Notes under the pieces: generated by a model
What the model was told of the DNA's origin: nothing
Databases searched by the model: none
What the model saw: the letters and a program-made list of their open reading frames with translations, nothing else
Origin: an uncultured Clostridia bacterium
GTDB taxonomy: Bacteria; Bacillota; Clostridia; Christensenellales; UBA1242
Reading direction: 5' to 3'
Length of the DNA: 64,000 nucleotides
Assembly: GCA_944384415.1 (NCBI GenBank)
Contig: CALWTF010000010.1
Location: forward strand, 1,990 to 65,989
Shown: piece by piece, positions 8,231-17,983 of the stretch
How the letters are laid out: every line of letters starts with the position of its first letter
How positions within the stretch are numbered: position 1 is the first letter of the stretch
Made by a program: the position numbers and the translations under genes

Positions 8231-9967
8231 ATGATAAAATTAATGAAATACTTATCATTTCTACAATGGATTTGTATTTTGGTTATTATTGTTTTTACTG
8301 CTTGTCAGGTATATTTAGACCTTTTGCTACCTGATTATATGGCAGAAATAATTTCAATAATTAGTGCCAGTGGTACAACAAGTGAAATTTGGAATGTTGG
8401 TTTTATAATGCTGGGAATAGCGTTGTTATCTTCATTATGCACAATTGTTGCTAGCTGGCTAGCTTCATATATAAGTGCAGGTTTGTGTAGAACTATTAGA
8501 CAAAAAATGTTTGATAGCGTTCAAAGTTTTTCAATGGCTGAAATGAATAAATTTTCAACGGCTAGTTTAATAACTCGTTCAACTAACGACATAACACAAA
8601 TTCAACAAGTGTATGGTATGGGGTTAAGGCTTTTATTTGTTGCGCCTATAATGGCAGGAATTGCTATTTCAAAAATTGTTGGAAAAAGTTCAGAGCTTTC
8701 TTGGGTTACGGCAGGTTTTGTTGTTTTAATGCTTTTGGGCATTATTACTATGTTTTTAATTGTAACTCCTAAATTCACAAAAATGCAAAAAAAGGTTGAT
8801 AAACTTAATTCAGTAACTCGTGAAGAACTAACTGGTGTTCGAGTTATTCGTGCTTTTAACAATGAAAAATTGCAAACTAAAAAATTTGAAGATGCAAATA
8901 ATGATTATTCTAAAATCAACTTATTTGTAGGGCGTGCAATGGCAATGCTTAATCCATTTATGAACATAATTATGAGTGGTTTAAGTTTGGCAATAGTTTG
9001 GTTTGGTTGTTATTTAGTAGGGCAAAGTATGTTAGGTGTTGAACAAATGATGGCATTCACACAATATGCAACTATGGTTTTGGTTAGCTTTTTAACATTA
9101 ACTATGTTTTTTGCTTTTTTACCAAGAAGTATTGTTTCTGCAAAGCGTATTCGTGAAGTTTTAGCTTGCAAAACAACAATTTTAGATGGTGAAGGTGCAA
9201 ATTTTGATGATACAAAAAAAGGTGAAATAGAATTTGATAATGTTAGTTTTTCATATGATGATGCAAAGTTTGATGTTTTAAAAAATATTTCTTTTAAAGC
9301 AAAAAAAGGTGAAACTGTTGCAATCATTGGTTCAACAGGAAGTGGAAAAAGTACATTAATAAATCTCATTCCACGATTTTATGATGTAACAAAAGGTGCA
9401 GTTAAAGTTAATGGTGTTGATGTAAGAAAACAAACTTTACACGAATTGCGTGATAGTATAGGGTATGTGCCTCAGCGTGGAGCATTATTTTCTGGTAGTA
9501 TTGAAAGTAATGTTAATTATGGTATTGACAATGTTTTATCTTCTGAAGAAATGCAAAAAGTTTTAGAAATAAGTCAGTCGGCTGAATTTGTAAATAAATA
9601 CAAAGATAAAGAAAAACATCACATAGCGCAAGATGCAACAAATATATCTGGTGGGCAAAAACAAAGGTTAAGCATTGCTAGGGCATTAGCAAAAAATTCG
9701 GATATTTTGATATTTGATGATAGTTTTTCTGCGCTTGATTTTAAAACCGACCGTGTATTAAGAAATGAATTAAAAGAAAAAGTAAAAGATGTTACTAAAA
9801 TTATTGTAGCTCAAAGAATTGGAACAGTTATGGACGCGGACCAGATAATTGTTTTGGAAAATGGTGAAATGGTTGGTAAAGGCACGCATAAAGAACTTAT
9901 GAAATCTTGCGAGGTATATCGTAAATTAGCATATTCACAATTAAGTAAAAAGGAGTTATCAGTATGA
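8231..9967 (+). CDS. ABC exporter permease/ATPase, subunit with degenerate catalytic site
   Basis: Six-TM exporter domain plus NBD. Walker A GSTGSGKST, signature ISGGQKQR, Walker B ILIFDD followed by S, so the catalytic Glu position is Asp. Confidence 0.9.
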   Translation: MIKLMKYLSFLQWICILVIIVFTACQVYLDLLLPDYMAEIISIISASGTTSEIWNVGFIMLGIALLSSLCTIVASWLASYISAGLCRTIRQKMFDSVQSFSMAEMNKFSTASLITRSTNDITQIQQVYGMGLRLLFVAPIMAGIAISKIVGKSSELSWVTAGFVVLMLLGIITMFLIVTPKFTKMQKKVDKLNSVTREELTGVRVIRAFNNEKLQTKKFEDANNDYSKINLFVGRAMAMLNPFMNIIMSGLSLAIVWFGCYLVGQSMLGVEQMMAFTQYATMVLVSFLTLTMFFAFLPRSIVSAKRIREVLACKTTILDGEGANFDDTKKGEIEFDNVSFSYDDAKFDVLKNISFKAKKGETVAIIGSTGSGKSTLINLIPRFYDVTKGAVKVNGVDVRKQTLHELRDSIGYVPQRGALFSGSIESNVNYGIDNVLSSEEMQKVLEISQSAEFVNKYKDKEKHHIAQDATNISGGQKQRLSIARALAKNSDILIFDDSFSALDFKTDRVLRNELKEKVKDVTKIIVAQRIGTVMDADQIIVLENGEMVGKGTHKELMKSCEVYRKLAYSQLSKKELSV

Positions 9968-11811
9968 GTAATGTAACTTCGGAAAGAAAACCAAATAGAC
10001 CTGGTCACGGTGGTGGTCCTATGGCTGGTATGCGTGCTGTAGAAAAACCTGTTAATTTTAAATCAAGTTTAGTTAAACTTTTAAAATGTATAAAACCATT
10101 TACTGTAGTTTTAACTGTTGCCTTAATATTTGCTGTAGCATCTACTGTTTTTCAAATTATTGGTCCTAAAATTTTAGGAGATATGACAAATGAAGCATAT
10201 GTAATATTGTTTGGCCAACAAATTGATATGGCACAAATAAGTTATTGGGGATTGTGGCTTGTAATATTATACGCATTAGGTGCTATTTTTAACTATATTC
10301 AGGGCTTTATTATGAGCACAATTTCTGTAAAAATAACACAAAAATTGCGTTCACAAATTTCAGAAAAAATTAACAAATTACCACTTAAATATTTTGATAC
10401 AACTAATCATGGTGACACTTTAAGTAGAGTAACAAATGATGTTGATACAATAGCAAACACATTAAACCAAAGTTTAAGCGGTATAATAACTGCTATAACA
10501 ACATTAATTGGTGTTTCAATAGCTATGTTTTCAATAAGTTGGATAATGGCATTAGTTTGTTGGATAACTATTCCTATTGCTTTGTTATTAACCTCACTTA
10601 TTGTAAAATTTTCACAAAAATTTTATAAGCAACAACAACAAAGTTTGGGTGATATGAATGCTCATGTAGAGGAAATTTTTTCTAATCATAATATAGTAAA
10701 AGCTTTTAATGGCGAAGAAAAAGAAAATCAAAAATTTATTCAAAATAACGATAAATTATATGTTAGCGGTCGTAATAGTATGTTTACTGCTGGATTAATG
10801 ATGCCGATTATGACTTTTGTTGGAAATTTAGGATATGTTTTGGTTTCTGCTGTGGGTGGTGTTTTAGTATTAAATGGTTATATTGAACCAGGTTCAATTT
10901 TAAGTTTTTTAATTTATGTAAAATTATTTAGTCAACCACTTATGCAAGTTGCTTCAGTTGCAAATGTTTTACAATCAACAGTAGCGGCTTCTGAGCGAGT
11001 GTTCAATTTTTTAGAGGAAGAAGAATTAACGCCTGATTGTTCTACTCCTAAAAAAATTGAAAATGTAAAAGGAAATGTTGAATTTAAAAATGTTTGCTTT
11101 GGATATAGTAAGAATAAACAAATAATAAACAACTTTAATGTTTCGGTAAAAGCTGGACAAAAGGTTGCTATTGTAGGACCAACCGGTGCTGGAAAAACAA
11201 CAATTGTAAATCTTTTGGAAAGATTTTACGAAATAGACAGTGGAGATATTCTTATTGATGGTGTTTCAATAAAAGATTTAACAAGGGCAGATGTTAGAAA
11301 TATGTTTACAATGGTTTTACAAGATACTTGGCTTTTTGAAGGTACAATAAGAGATAATATAATTTATGGAAAACAAAATGTTACTCAAGAAGAAGTTGAA
11401 CAAGCTTGTAAAAATGCTAATATACATCACTTTATAATGACTTTACCTAATGGTTATAACTATGTGTTGGGTGATGAAAGCAATATCAGTCAAGGACAAA
11501 AACAATTGCTAACTATTGCAAGAGCAACTATTCAAAATGCACCTATGTTAATTCTTGATGAGGCTACAAGTTCGGTTGATACTAGAACTGAAGAATTAAT
11601 TCAAGAGGCTATGGATAAATTAACACAAAAACGAACAAGTTTTGTAATTGCTCACCGTCTTTCAACAATAAAAAATGCTGATATAATACTTGTTATGAAA
11701 GAAGGAAACATTATTGAACAGGGAACACACAACGAATTATTAAAGAAAAATGGATTTTATGCTGAGCTATATAATAGTCAGTTTACCCAAAAAGAAGGAC
11801 AGCCAAATTAG
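9964..11811 (+). CDS. ABC exporter permease/ATPase, consensus-site subunit
   Basis: ATGA overlap with the upstream gene. Walker A GPTGAGKTT, Walker B MLILDEATS (canonical D-E), but a non-canonical signature ISQGQKQ. Confidence 0.9.
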   Translation: MSNVTSERKPNRPGHGGGPMAGMRAVEKPVNFKSSLVKLLKCIKPFTVVLTVALIFAVASTVFQIIGPKILGDMTNEAYVILFGQQIDMAQISYWGLWLVILYALGAIFNYIQGFIMSTISVKITQKLRSQISEKINKLPLKYFDTTNHGDTLSRVTNDVDTIANTLNQSLSGIITAITTLIGVSIAMFSISWIMALVCWITIPIALLLTSLIVKFSQKFYKQQQQSLGDMNAHVEEIFSNHNIVKAFNGEEKENQKFIQNNDKLYVSGRNSMFTAGLMMPIMTFVGNLGYVLVSAVGGVLVLNGYIEPGSILSFLIYVKLFSQPLMQVASVANVLQSTVAASERVFNFLEEEELTPDCSTPKKIENVKGNVEFKNVCFGYSKNKQIINNFNVSVKAGQKVAIVGPTGAGKTTIVNLLERFYEIDSGDILIDGVSIKDLTRADVRNMFTMVLQDTWLFEGTIRDNIIYGKQNVTQEEVEQACKNANIHHFIMTLPNGYNYVLGDESNISQGQKQLLTIARATIQNAPMLILDEATSSVDTRTEELIQEAMDKLTQKRTSFVIAHRLSTIKNADIILVMKEGNIIEQGTHNELLKKNGFYAELYNSQFTQKEGQPN

Positions 11812-11822
11812 GCTGTTTTTTT
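11799..11822 (+). terminator. Rho-independent terminator
   Basis: ACAGCC-AAATTA-GGCTGT followed by T7. Overlaps the stop codon. Confidence 0.6.
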
Positions 11823-11887
11823 ATTTTAAATTTATTAATTATTCTAAATTTAAAGTTTTTAGCATATTTTAAAAAAAGGAGAACCTT

Positions 11888-12157
11888 ATGTTTTACAAAG
11901 AATTAATACAAAAACTTGGTATTGAGCAGGCGGAATGTGCCTTTTTTTGTGTAAACTTTGGAAACGATGCCCTTTGTGTTCAAGGAAAAATTAAAATATT
12001 ACAATTTACTGCTACAAAAATTGTTTTACAATGCGGAAAACAGAAATTGTTTATTTATGGTAATAATTTAAAACTTGGAACATTAGAGAAAACAGAAATT
12101 AATATTAAAGGGCAGGTGATTTGCACAAGTGCAAAGGAAGTTCAAATTGTCAGTTAA
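11888..12157 (+). CDS. yqfC: YabP/YqfC-family sporulation protein
   Basis: 89 aa. The alternating beta-strand pattern (VQGKIKILQFTATKIVLQ...LFIYGNNLKLGTLEKTEINIKGQV) is typical of YqfC. Directly precedes a YqfD homologue. Confidence 0.7.
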   Translation: MFYKELIQKLGIEQAECAFFCVNFGNDALCVQGKIKILQFTATKIVLQCGKQKLFIYGNNLKLGTLEKTEINIKGQVICTSAKEVQIVS

Positions 12158-13292
12158 AAATAATTTTTTTCAAAGAATTGGTAAAGCCAAAGTTATCATA
12201 GAAGGAGTTAATTTTGACCGCCTGTTAAATGATATAGTTACAAGACAAATAAAAATTATTGAAGTTGCAAGACAAAATAACATTTTAATTTTAACAATAA
12301 GTTGTTCTTTTCTTGCTCAACTGATTGCCTTACTTAAAGAAAAATGTTATACTTTTACTATTCAAAAACAATCTGGAATAGCAAATTTTTTTGATGTTTT
12401 TATAACAAGATGGGGTTTATTTTTAGGCTTTTTAATTTCGGTTTTGGTGTTTGGTTTTGCTAGTTGTTTTGTTTGGGGAATAGTGGTTGAAAATGATGAA
12501 GCGCAACTTCAACAAACATTTAATAAAATTTTAGCTGAAAATAATTTGGGTGTTGGTGTTTTACGATTTAATCAATCCAGTTATGAAATTGAACAATGTT
12601 TGCTTGATAACATTCCTGAATTAAGTTTAGTTTCTGCAAGTTTTAAAGGAACTAATATAATTGTTAATTATACTTTACAAACTGAAAAAGAAGAAATGTT
12701 AGAACAACAAAAAAAAGTTAACATTGTTGCAACCAATGATGGAATAGTAACTAGCATTTCTGTTACAAGCGGAACCGCATTAGTTAAAGTTGGTGATGTG
12801 GTAAAAAAGGGACAAATTTTAATTGCAGGTTATAAAATAGTAGAAGAAGAACAGGTTGAATGTGTTGCTTCTGGAACTGTTTATGCAAATGTTTTTAAAA
12901 GCGCAACAATTCAATTTCCTTTAAAAACTATACAGTGGGTTAGAACAGGTAATTTTTTAACAGGAACTGAAATTAAATTATTTAACAAAACAATTTCAAA
13001 TAATCAACCTGATGTAGATTTTGAACATTATGAAACCATTATTACTTATGAAAAATATAACTTATTAATACCACTTGAATTTTATGTTACAAGATATTAT
13101 GAAGTTGAAAGTGTTGAAATTGAACAAGATTTTGAAAGTTCAAAAGAAAGCATAATTGCACAATCTAGATTGTTAGCACTTGAACAATGTAGTGCTGTGG
13201 ATAATATCATTGATGAAAGTTATGATGTAAATTTTGTTAGTGATGTTTGGTTTGTTACTTATAATATAAAAATAAAGGAAAAAATAAGTTGA
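12147..13292 (+). CDS. yqfD: Stage IV sporulation protein YqfD homologue
   Basis: N-terminus AKVIIEGVNFDRLLNDI, then a central TM (WGLFLGFLISVLVFGFASCFVWGIVV) and the C-terminal domain typical of YqfD. I prefer the TTG start at 12147 (AAAGGAAG SD 6 nt upstream); the track starts at GTG 12129. Confidence 0.75.
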   Translation: MSVKNNFFQRIGKAKVIIEGVNFDRLLNDIVTRQIKIIEVARQNNILILTISCSFLAQLIALLKEKCYTFTIQKQSGIANFFDVFITRWGLFLGFLISVLVFGFASCFVWGIVVENDEAQLQQTFNKILAENNLGVGVLRFNQSSYEIEQCLLDNIPELSLVSASFKGTNIIVNYTLQTEKEEMLEQQKKVNIVATNDGIVTSISVTSGTALVKVGDVVKKGQILIAGYKIVEEEQVECVASGTVYANVFKSATIQFPLKTIQWVRTGNFLTGTEIKLFNKTISNNQPDVDFEHYETIITYEKYNLLIPLEFYVTRYYEVESVEIEQDFESSKESIIAQSRLLALEQCSAVDNIIDESYDVNFVSDVWFVTYNIKIKEKIS

Positions 13293-13786
13293 AAGTAAAA
13301 ATTACTGTAAAAAATGAAGTTGAAAAAGTTTTGCCTGAAAGCAAAATTTTAACTAAAATTGCTAAATTAGTGTTAAAAGAATGTAATCAAAACAAAGCTA
13401 AAATTTCGGTAACTGTTTTTTATGTTGATGAAAATAATATTCAAAAAATAAACAAACAATACAGAAATAAAGATAAACCAACAGATGTAATTTCTTTTAG
13501 AATGGTTGATAACCCAAATTTTTTAGAATTAATAAAAAAGAATTTTCCAGTTGAGTTTGATCCAGCAAGTAAAACAATATATTTAGGAGAAATTTTTATT
13601 TGCCAGGAAGTGGCAAAAAAACAAGCTAGTGAATGGGGAAATAGTGAGCAACGAGAAATTGTTGAATTGTTTTGTCATGGTATGTTGCATATTTTAGGTT
13701 ATGACCACGAAAAAGAAGATGAAATGCTTGTAATGCGTGAACTTGAGCATAATATTTGTGCCAAACTTGATAAATTTGTTTATTAA
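13289..13786 (+). CDS. ybeY: Endoribonuclease YbeY (rRNA maturation)
   Basis: Metal motif HGMLHILGYDHE. TTG start overlaps the yqfD stop by 4 nt. Confidence 0.9.
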   Translation: MKVKITVKNEVEKVLPESKILTKIAKLVLKECNQNKAKISVTVFYVDENNIQKINKQYRNKDKPTDVISFRMVDNPNFLELIKKNFPVEFDPASKTIYLGEIFICQEVAKKQASEWGNSEQREIVELFCHGMLHILGYDHEKEDEMLVMRELEHNICAKLDKFVY

Positions 13787-13797
13787 AGGGGAATTTT

Positions 13798-14190
13798 ATG
13801 GAAGAGGAAGCAATAAATAGATTGATTGAAAAAGCAAAGCAATTTTCATATAATTCATATTGTCCTTATTCACAAATTCCGATTGGTGCTTGTGTTTTAA
13901 CTTCAAATGGTATGGTCTATGGTGGTTGCAATATTGAAAATGTTGCTTTTGAATGTTCATCGGGAGCGGTTGAAGTTGCTGTTCAAAAAGCTGTAAGTGA
14001 AGGTAATTGCGAGTTAAAATTAATAGCGATTTACAGTGAAAGCGAAATGCCTTGTCCTTCTGGAAAAGAAAGACAGTTGATTAAAGAATTTTCATCAAAA
14101 GCTTTAATTGTTTGTGCAAACGCAAAAAATATTCAACAATACACTATTCAAGAATTGTTACCATTTGCAAAAGAAAAAGATGAAATTTAA
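13798..14190 (+). CDS. Cytidine deaminase-like protein with degenerate zinc/catalytic motifs
   Basis: Colinear with homotetrameric Cdd (YCPYSQIPIGA...YGGCNIEN...KAVSEG), but the CAE motif reads GAV and PCxxC reads PCPSGKE. It occupies the position cdd holds in B. subtilis. Confidence 0.7.
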   Translation: MEEEAINRLIEKAKQFSYNSYCPYSQIPIGACVLTSNGMVYGGCNIENVAFECSSGAVEVAVQKAVSEGNCELKLIAIYSESEMPCPSGKERQLIKEFSSKALIVCANAKNIQQYTIQELLPFAKEKDEI

Positions 14191-14292
14191 GTTGCAAAAA
14201 AATTGATAAAAAGTTTTATTTTATTAGTTTTTATTCATTTATATGTGTAAAATTATAAAAAGAACAAAAAATATACAAAAAGAGGTAAAGTT

Positions 14293-15186
14293 ATGAGTTT
14301 TCGTTCTGGTTTTGTTGCTGTTGTAGGACAGCCTAATGTTGGTAAGTCAACTTTAATTAATGTTTTAGTTGGAAAAAAGATTTCCATTGTTTCACCTAAA
14401 CCACAAACAACCCGAGATAAAATTATGGGTGTTCTTTCGGATAAAAACCATCAAGTGGTTTTTGTTGATACTCCTGGTATTCATAAATCTAAAAACAGTT
14501 TAGATAGATATATGAAAAAAAATATCGAAAATGCAACCAAAGATGTTGATGTTATTTTATATGTAATGGATGGTTCTCGTGAATTAAGTGAAGAAGATTT
14601 AAATTGTTTAAAAGATTATTGTAAGGGTAAAACTCCTGTTTTTGCTGTTGTTAACAAAATTGACCTTAGTTCAAAAGAAGATTTATTTAGAAGAATTTCA
14701 GTTTTGAATGATATAAATGTTGAACAAGTTTTTTGTATTTCTGCACTTGAAAAAAGAAACCTTGAACCTTTAGCTAAGGCAATTTTATCTAAACTTACTG
14801 ATAATGTTAAATATTTCCCTGATGACCAATTAACTGATAAAACTCACGGTTTTATTGTGGCTGAGTTAATACGAGAAAAAATATTATGGTTAATTGATGA
14901 TGAGGTTCCTCATGGCGTTGGTGTTGTTATTGATAACATAACTGAAAATCCAGAAATTGAACAAATTACCGCAACAATTTATTGTGAAAAAGAAAGTCAT
15001 AAATATATTTTGATAGGTGCGCAAGGTTCAAAAATAAAAGAAATTGGACAATCAAGCAGAATGGCATTAGAGAAAATGATTGGGAAAAAAGTTCACCTTG
15101 CTTTGTGGGTAAAAGTTAAATCAAATTGGCGTAATCGTGTTGGTGCTTTGGGTGAAATAGGTTATGCTATAACTGATGATAAATAA
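14293..15186 (+). CDS. era: GTPase Era
   Basis: G1 GQPNVGKST, G3 DTPG, G4 NKID, and a C-terminal KH domain (IYCEKESHKYILIGAQGSKIKEIG). Confidence 0.95.
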   Translation: MSFRSGFVAVVGQPNVGKSTLINVLVGKKISIVSPKPQTTRDKIMGVLSDKNHQVVFVDTPGIHKSKNSLDRYMKKNIENATKDVDVILYVMDGSRELSEEDLNCLKDYCKGKTPVFAVVNKIDLSSKEDLFRRISVLNDINVEQVFCISALEKRNLEPLAKAILSKLTDNVKYFPDDQLTDKTHGFIVAELIREKILWLIDDEVPHGVGVVIDNITENPEIEQITATIYCEKESHKYILIGAQGSKIKEIGQSSRMALEKMIGKKVHLALWVKVKSNWRNRVGALGEIGYAITDDK

Positions 15187-15228
15187 TATTTAACAAATTG
15201 CACACTATAATAAAAGTGAGGTGTGCAT

Positions 15229-15417
15229 ATGAAAAAAACAAAACAAATATGGCAAAAATATTTGGAAGATTTGTGTTGGAATAATTTTTGTGAAAGCGGA
15301 AGTATAGGGGATTATTTGCTATATTCAAAAATAAAACGAGAAAAACAAAATGAGCGAAAGTTTAGAGATTATAACAAATGCAATAGTATTAAAAACTGTG
15401 AATTACCAAGAAAATGA
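15229..15417 (+). CDS. YqzL-family small protein (putative)
   Basis: The core CWNNFCESGSIGDYLLYSKIK resembles the YqzL motif (W..F..TG.I..YLLYK). It lies between era and recO, as yqzL does in B. subtilis. ATG at 15229 follows GAGGTG. The 3' end overlaps recO by 68 nt. Confidence 0.5.
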   Translation: MKKTKQIWQKYLEDLCWNNFCESGSIGDYLLYSKIKREKQNERKFRDYNKCNSIKNCELPRK

Positions 15418-16078
15418 TAAAATTTTAACATTATTTTCGGTTGATTTGGGTAAAATAACGGCAGGTTTAAAAGGTTGTAGAAAACAAAATGCTAAATTAA
15501 AATTTGCTGGACAACCATTTGTGTTTGGCGAGTTTAAATTGATAAAAAAAGGTGATAAATATACTGTTGCAACAGTTTCTGAAATTGAAAGTTTTTTTGA
15601 TATTTGTCAGAACTGGGATTTATTAAAAATTGGCAGTGCAATGTTAGAAATAAGCAATATTGTTTTAAACGAGGGAGAACCTTTTCCTAATTTGTTTGTT
15701 ACGCTTTTAAAATGTTTAAAACAAATAGCTTTTGAAACAAATGTTGCAAAAGCGGTTTTTATTAAATTTGTGCTAGAAATTTTTTCAGGCACAGGATATG
15801 AAATGCAATTTGATAAATGTTGTCAATGTGGTGGGGCTTTTAATACTCATATTATTTTGGATTTTGATTTAGGCAATTTAGTGTGTGGTTTATGTAAGGG
15901 CAATAATTGTTTGGAAATACAACCTGCCAACTATTATGTTTTAAAACTTATTTCGAAAACTCCATTTGACAGATTATCAAGCATTAAATTTAATGATAAA
16001 ATTTTTTATGAATTAGTAGATGCTTTAATTAGTAATTTCGAGTTCAGATTTGGTAAAAAATTAAAAAGTTTGAGTTAA
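15350..16078 (+). CDS. recO: DNA repair protein RecO
   Basis: OB-fold N-terminus NAIVLKTVNYQENDKILTLFS and zinc finger CCQCGG...CGLCKG. Confidence 0.85.
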   Translation: MSESLEIITNAIVLKTVNYQENDKILTLFSVDLGKITAGLKGCRKQNAKLKFAGQPFVFGEFKLIKKGDKYTVATVSEIESFFDICQNWDLLKIGSAMLEISNIVLNEGEPFPNLFVTLLKCLKQIAFETNVAKAVFIKFVLEIFSGTGYEMQFDKCCQCGGAFNTHIILDFDLGNLVCGLCKGNNCLEIQPANYYVLKLISKTPFDRLSSIKFNDKIFYELVDALISNFEFRFGKKLKSLS

Positions 16079-16092
16079 TTCAAACTTTTTTT
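16066..16092 (+). terminator. Rho-independent terminator
   Basis: AAGTTTGA-GTTAAT-TCAAACTT followed by a T run. Overlaps the recO stop. Confidence 0.6.
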
Positions 16093-16175
16093 ATTATAAA
16101 AAAGGAAAATCTGTTATAAAAGGCATATAACAATAATAACACACAAATGATAACAATATAAATAAAGGGTTTTTA

Positions 16176-17963
16176 ATGGCGGATAAAGGATTTTCTCCCG
16201 ATTGGTTGGGTGAGTTGAAATCAAGAAACGACATAGTTTCAACTATCAGTCGTTACATAAAATTAGATAGAAAAGGCAAGAACCATTGGGGTTGTTGTCC
16301 ATTTCATTTTGAAAAAACTCCAAGTTTTTCTGTTAATGAAGTTGACCAGTTTTATCATTGTTTTGGTTGTGGCGTTTCAGGTGATGTTATTTCATTTATT
16401 GAAAAATATGAAAATGTTGAATTTTATGATGCTGTAAAAATATTGGCAAAAAATGCTGGAATGGAAATTCCAAATTTTGTTCAATCTGAAGAAATTGCAA
16501 AAAGAAAAGAAGAAAAGGAACAGGCTTTACACGCTTTGTTAGATGCTGCAATTTTTTATAGGCAAATTTTGTTTTCATCTAAAGGGAAACCAGCAATGAA
16601 TTATCTTTTAAAGCGTGGAGTAAATTCTAAAAGCATTGCTACTTTTGGGTTGGGATATAGCCCAGATTTTGAAAGTTTGAAAAACTTTTTAGAGAGTAAA
16701 GGATATTCAATTGATTTATTAAAAAAAGCTGGACTTGTTGATATAAATAATGGACGAGCTTACGATTCTTTTGGTGGTAGACTTATGTTTCCTTTGATAA
16801 ATATGCAGGGTGAAGTTGTTGGTTTTTCTGGTAGATTAATTGAAAATAAAGATTTTGCAAAATATAAAAATAGTTCTCAAAACATTGTGTTTGATAAAAG
16901 TAGAACGGTTTTTGGAATTAATTTAGCTAAAAAGTTAAGAAATGAACTTAGAAACGATTTACAAAATGTTATTTTAGTTGAAGGTCAACTTGATGTGGTG
17001 TCTATGCATCAAGCTGGCTATAAAAACACTGTTGCTTGTTTAGGAACTGCGCTTACTCCACAACATTGCAAAGAATTGGAAAAACTTACTAATAATGTAA
17101 TTGTAATGCTAGATGGTGATGAGGCAGGTAAAAAAGCAACATTGCGTAGTTTGGAAGTGTTGGCTTCTAGCAGTAACTTATCTGTAAAAGTTGTTTCATT
17201 GCCAGAAGGTTGTGACCCAGATGAGTTTATTAAAAAGTATGGAAAGGAAAAAATGGACAACCTTCTATCAAGTGCTATTGAGTCGTTAGATTATCAAATA
17301 AAATCGTTGGCAGAATTATATAATCTAGATAGTAATGAACAGCGTTCAAAATTTATAAAGCAAGCTTTAATAAAAATAAATAAACTAAGTGACAGTTCAA
17401 CAAGGGAAATATATTTAGGTTTAATAAGAAAATTAACAAATGTGCCAGTTGATATATTAAGGCAAGATTTGAATAATTTGGAAACAAATTCAGAAGAAAT
17501 TGAAGTAACTCAACCAAAAGAAGAAACGATAAAACTTAATGAAGATGCTTTTGTTTTAGCTGATAAATTTATTTTAGCAAGTTTATTACATCGAAAAAGT
17601 TATGCTAAATTAGATGATTGTAGTGAAATAGAATTTATGGATAATGATTTGAACACATTGTATGAATATATTAAGAATGGAACAAAAGATAAGCCCGCAC
17701 TTGTAAGTGGTGTATTTGATAGAATTGATGTTCAAGAAAATCCATTAGTTTTAGAAATTATAAATTTTTCATTCGGAGAAGAAAATAATGATGAAATTAT
17801 TTGGAAAGATTGTTTAATAAAAAATGAGCAAAGAAAACTTGACAGACAAAAAGATATTTTAGAAAAAGAGTGGAAAAAATCTGATTTAAAAGAACGAATT
17901 GAAATTGGCAGAAAAATGCAAGAAATAGACAAAAGGAGATTTATGCTAAAAAGCAAAAAATAG
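16176..17963 (+). CDS. dnaG: DNA primase
   Basis: Zinc finger CCPFHFEKTPSFSV...CFGCG, RNA polymerase core, Toprim EGQLDV...DGDEAG. Confidence 0.95.
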   Translation: MADKGFSPDWLGELKSRNDIVSTISRYIKLDRKGKNHWGCCPFHFEKTPSFSVNEVDQFYHCFGCGVSGDVISFIEKYENVEFYDAVKILAKNAGMEIPNFVQSEEIAKRKEEKEQALHALLDAAIFYRQILFSSKGKPAMNYLLKRGVNSKSIATFGLGYSPDFESLKNFLESKGYSIDLLKKAGLVDINNGRAYDSFGGRLMFPLINMQGEVVGFSGRLIENKDFAKYKNSSQNIVFDKSRTVFGINLAKKLRNELRNDLQNVILVEGQLDVVSMHQAGYKNTVACLGTALTPQHCKELEKLTNNVIVMLDGDEAGKKATLRSLEVLASSSNLSVKVVSLPEGCDPDEFIKKYGKEKMDNLLSSAIESLDYQIKSLAELYNLDSNEQRSKFIKQALIKINKLSDSSTREIYLGLIRKLTNVPVDILRQDLNNLETNSEEIEVTQPKEETIKLNEDAFVLADKFILASLLHRKSYAKLDDCSEIEFMDNDLNTLYEYIKNGTKDKPALVSGVFDRIDVQENPLVLEIINFSFGEENNDEIIWKDCLIKNEQRKLDRQKDILEKEWKKSDLKERIEIGRKMQEIDKRRFMLKSKK

Positions 17964-17983
17964 TGTTGCTTTAAAGCGAGTTT

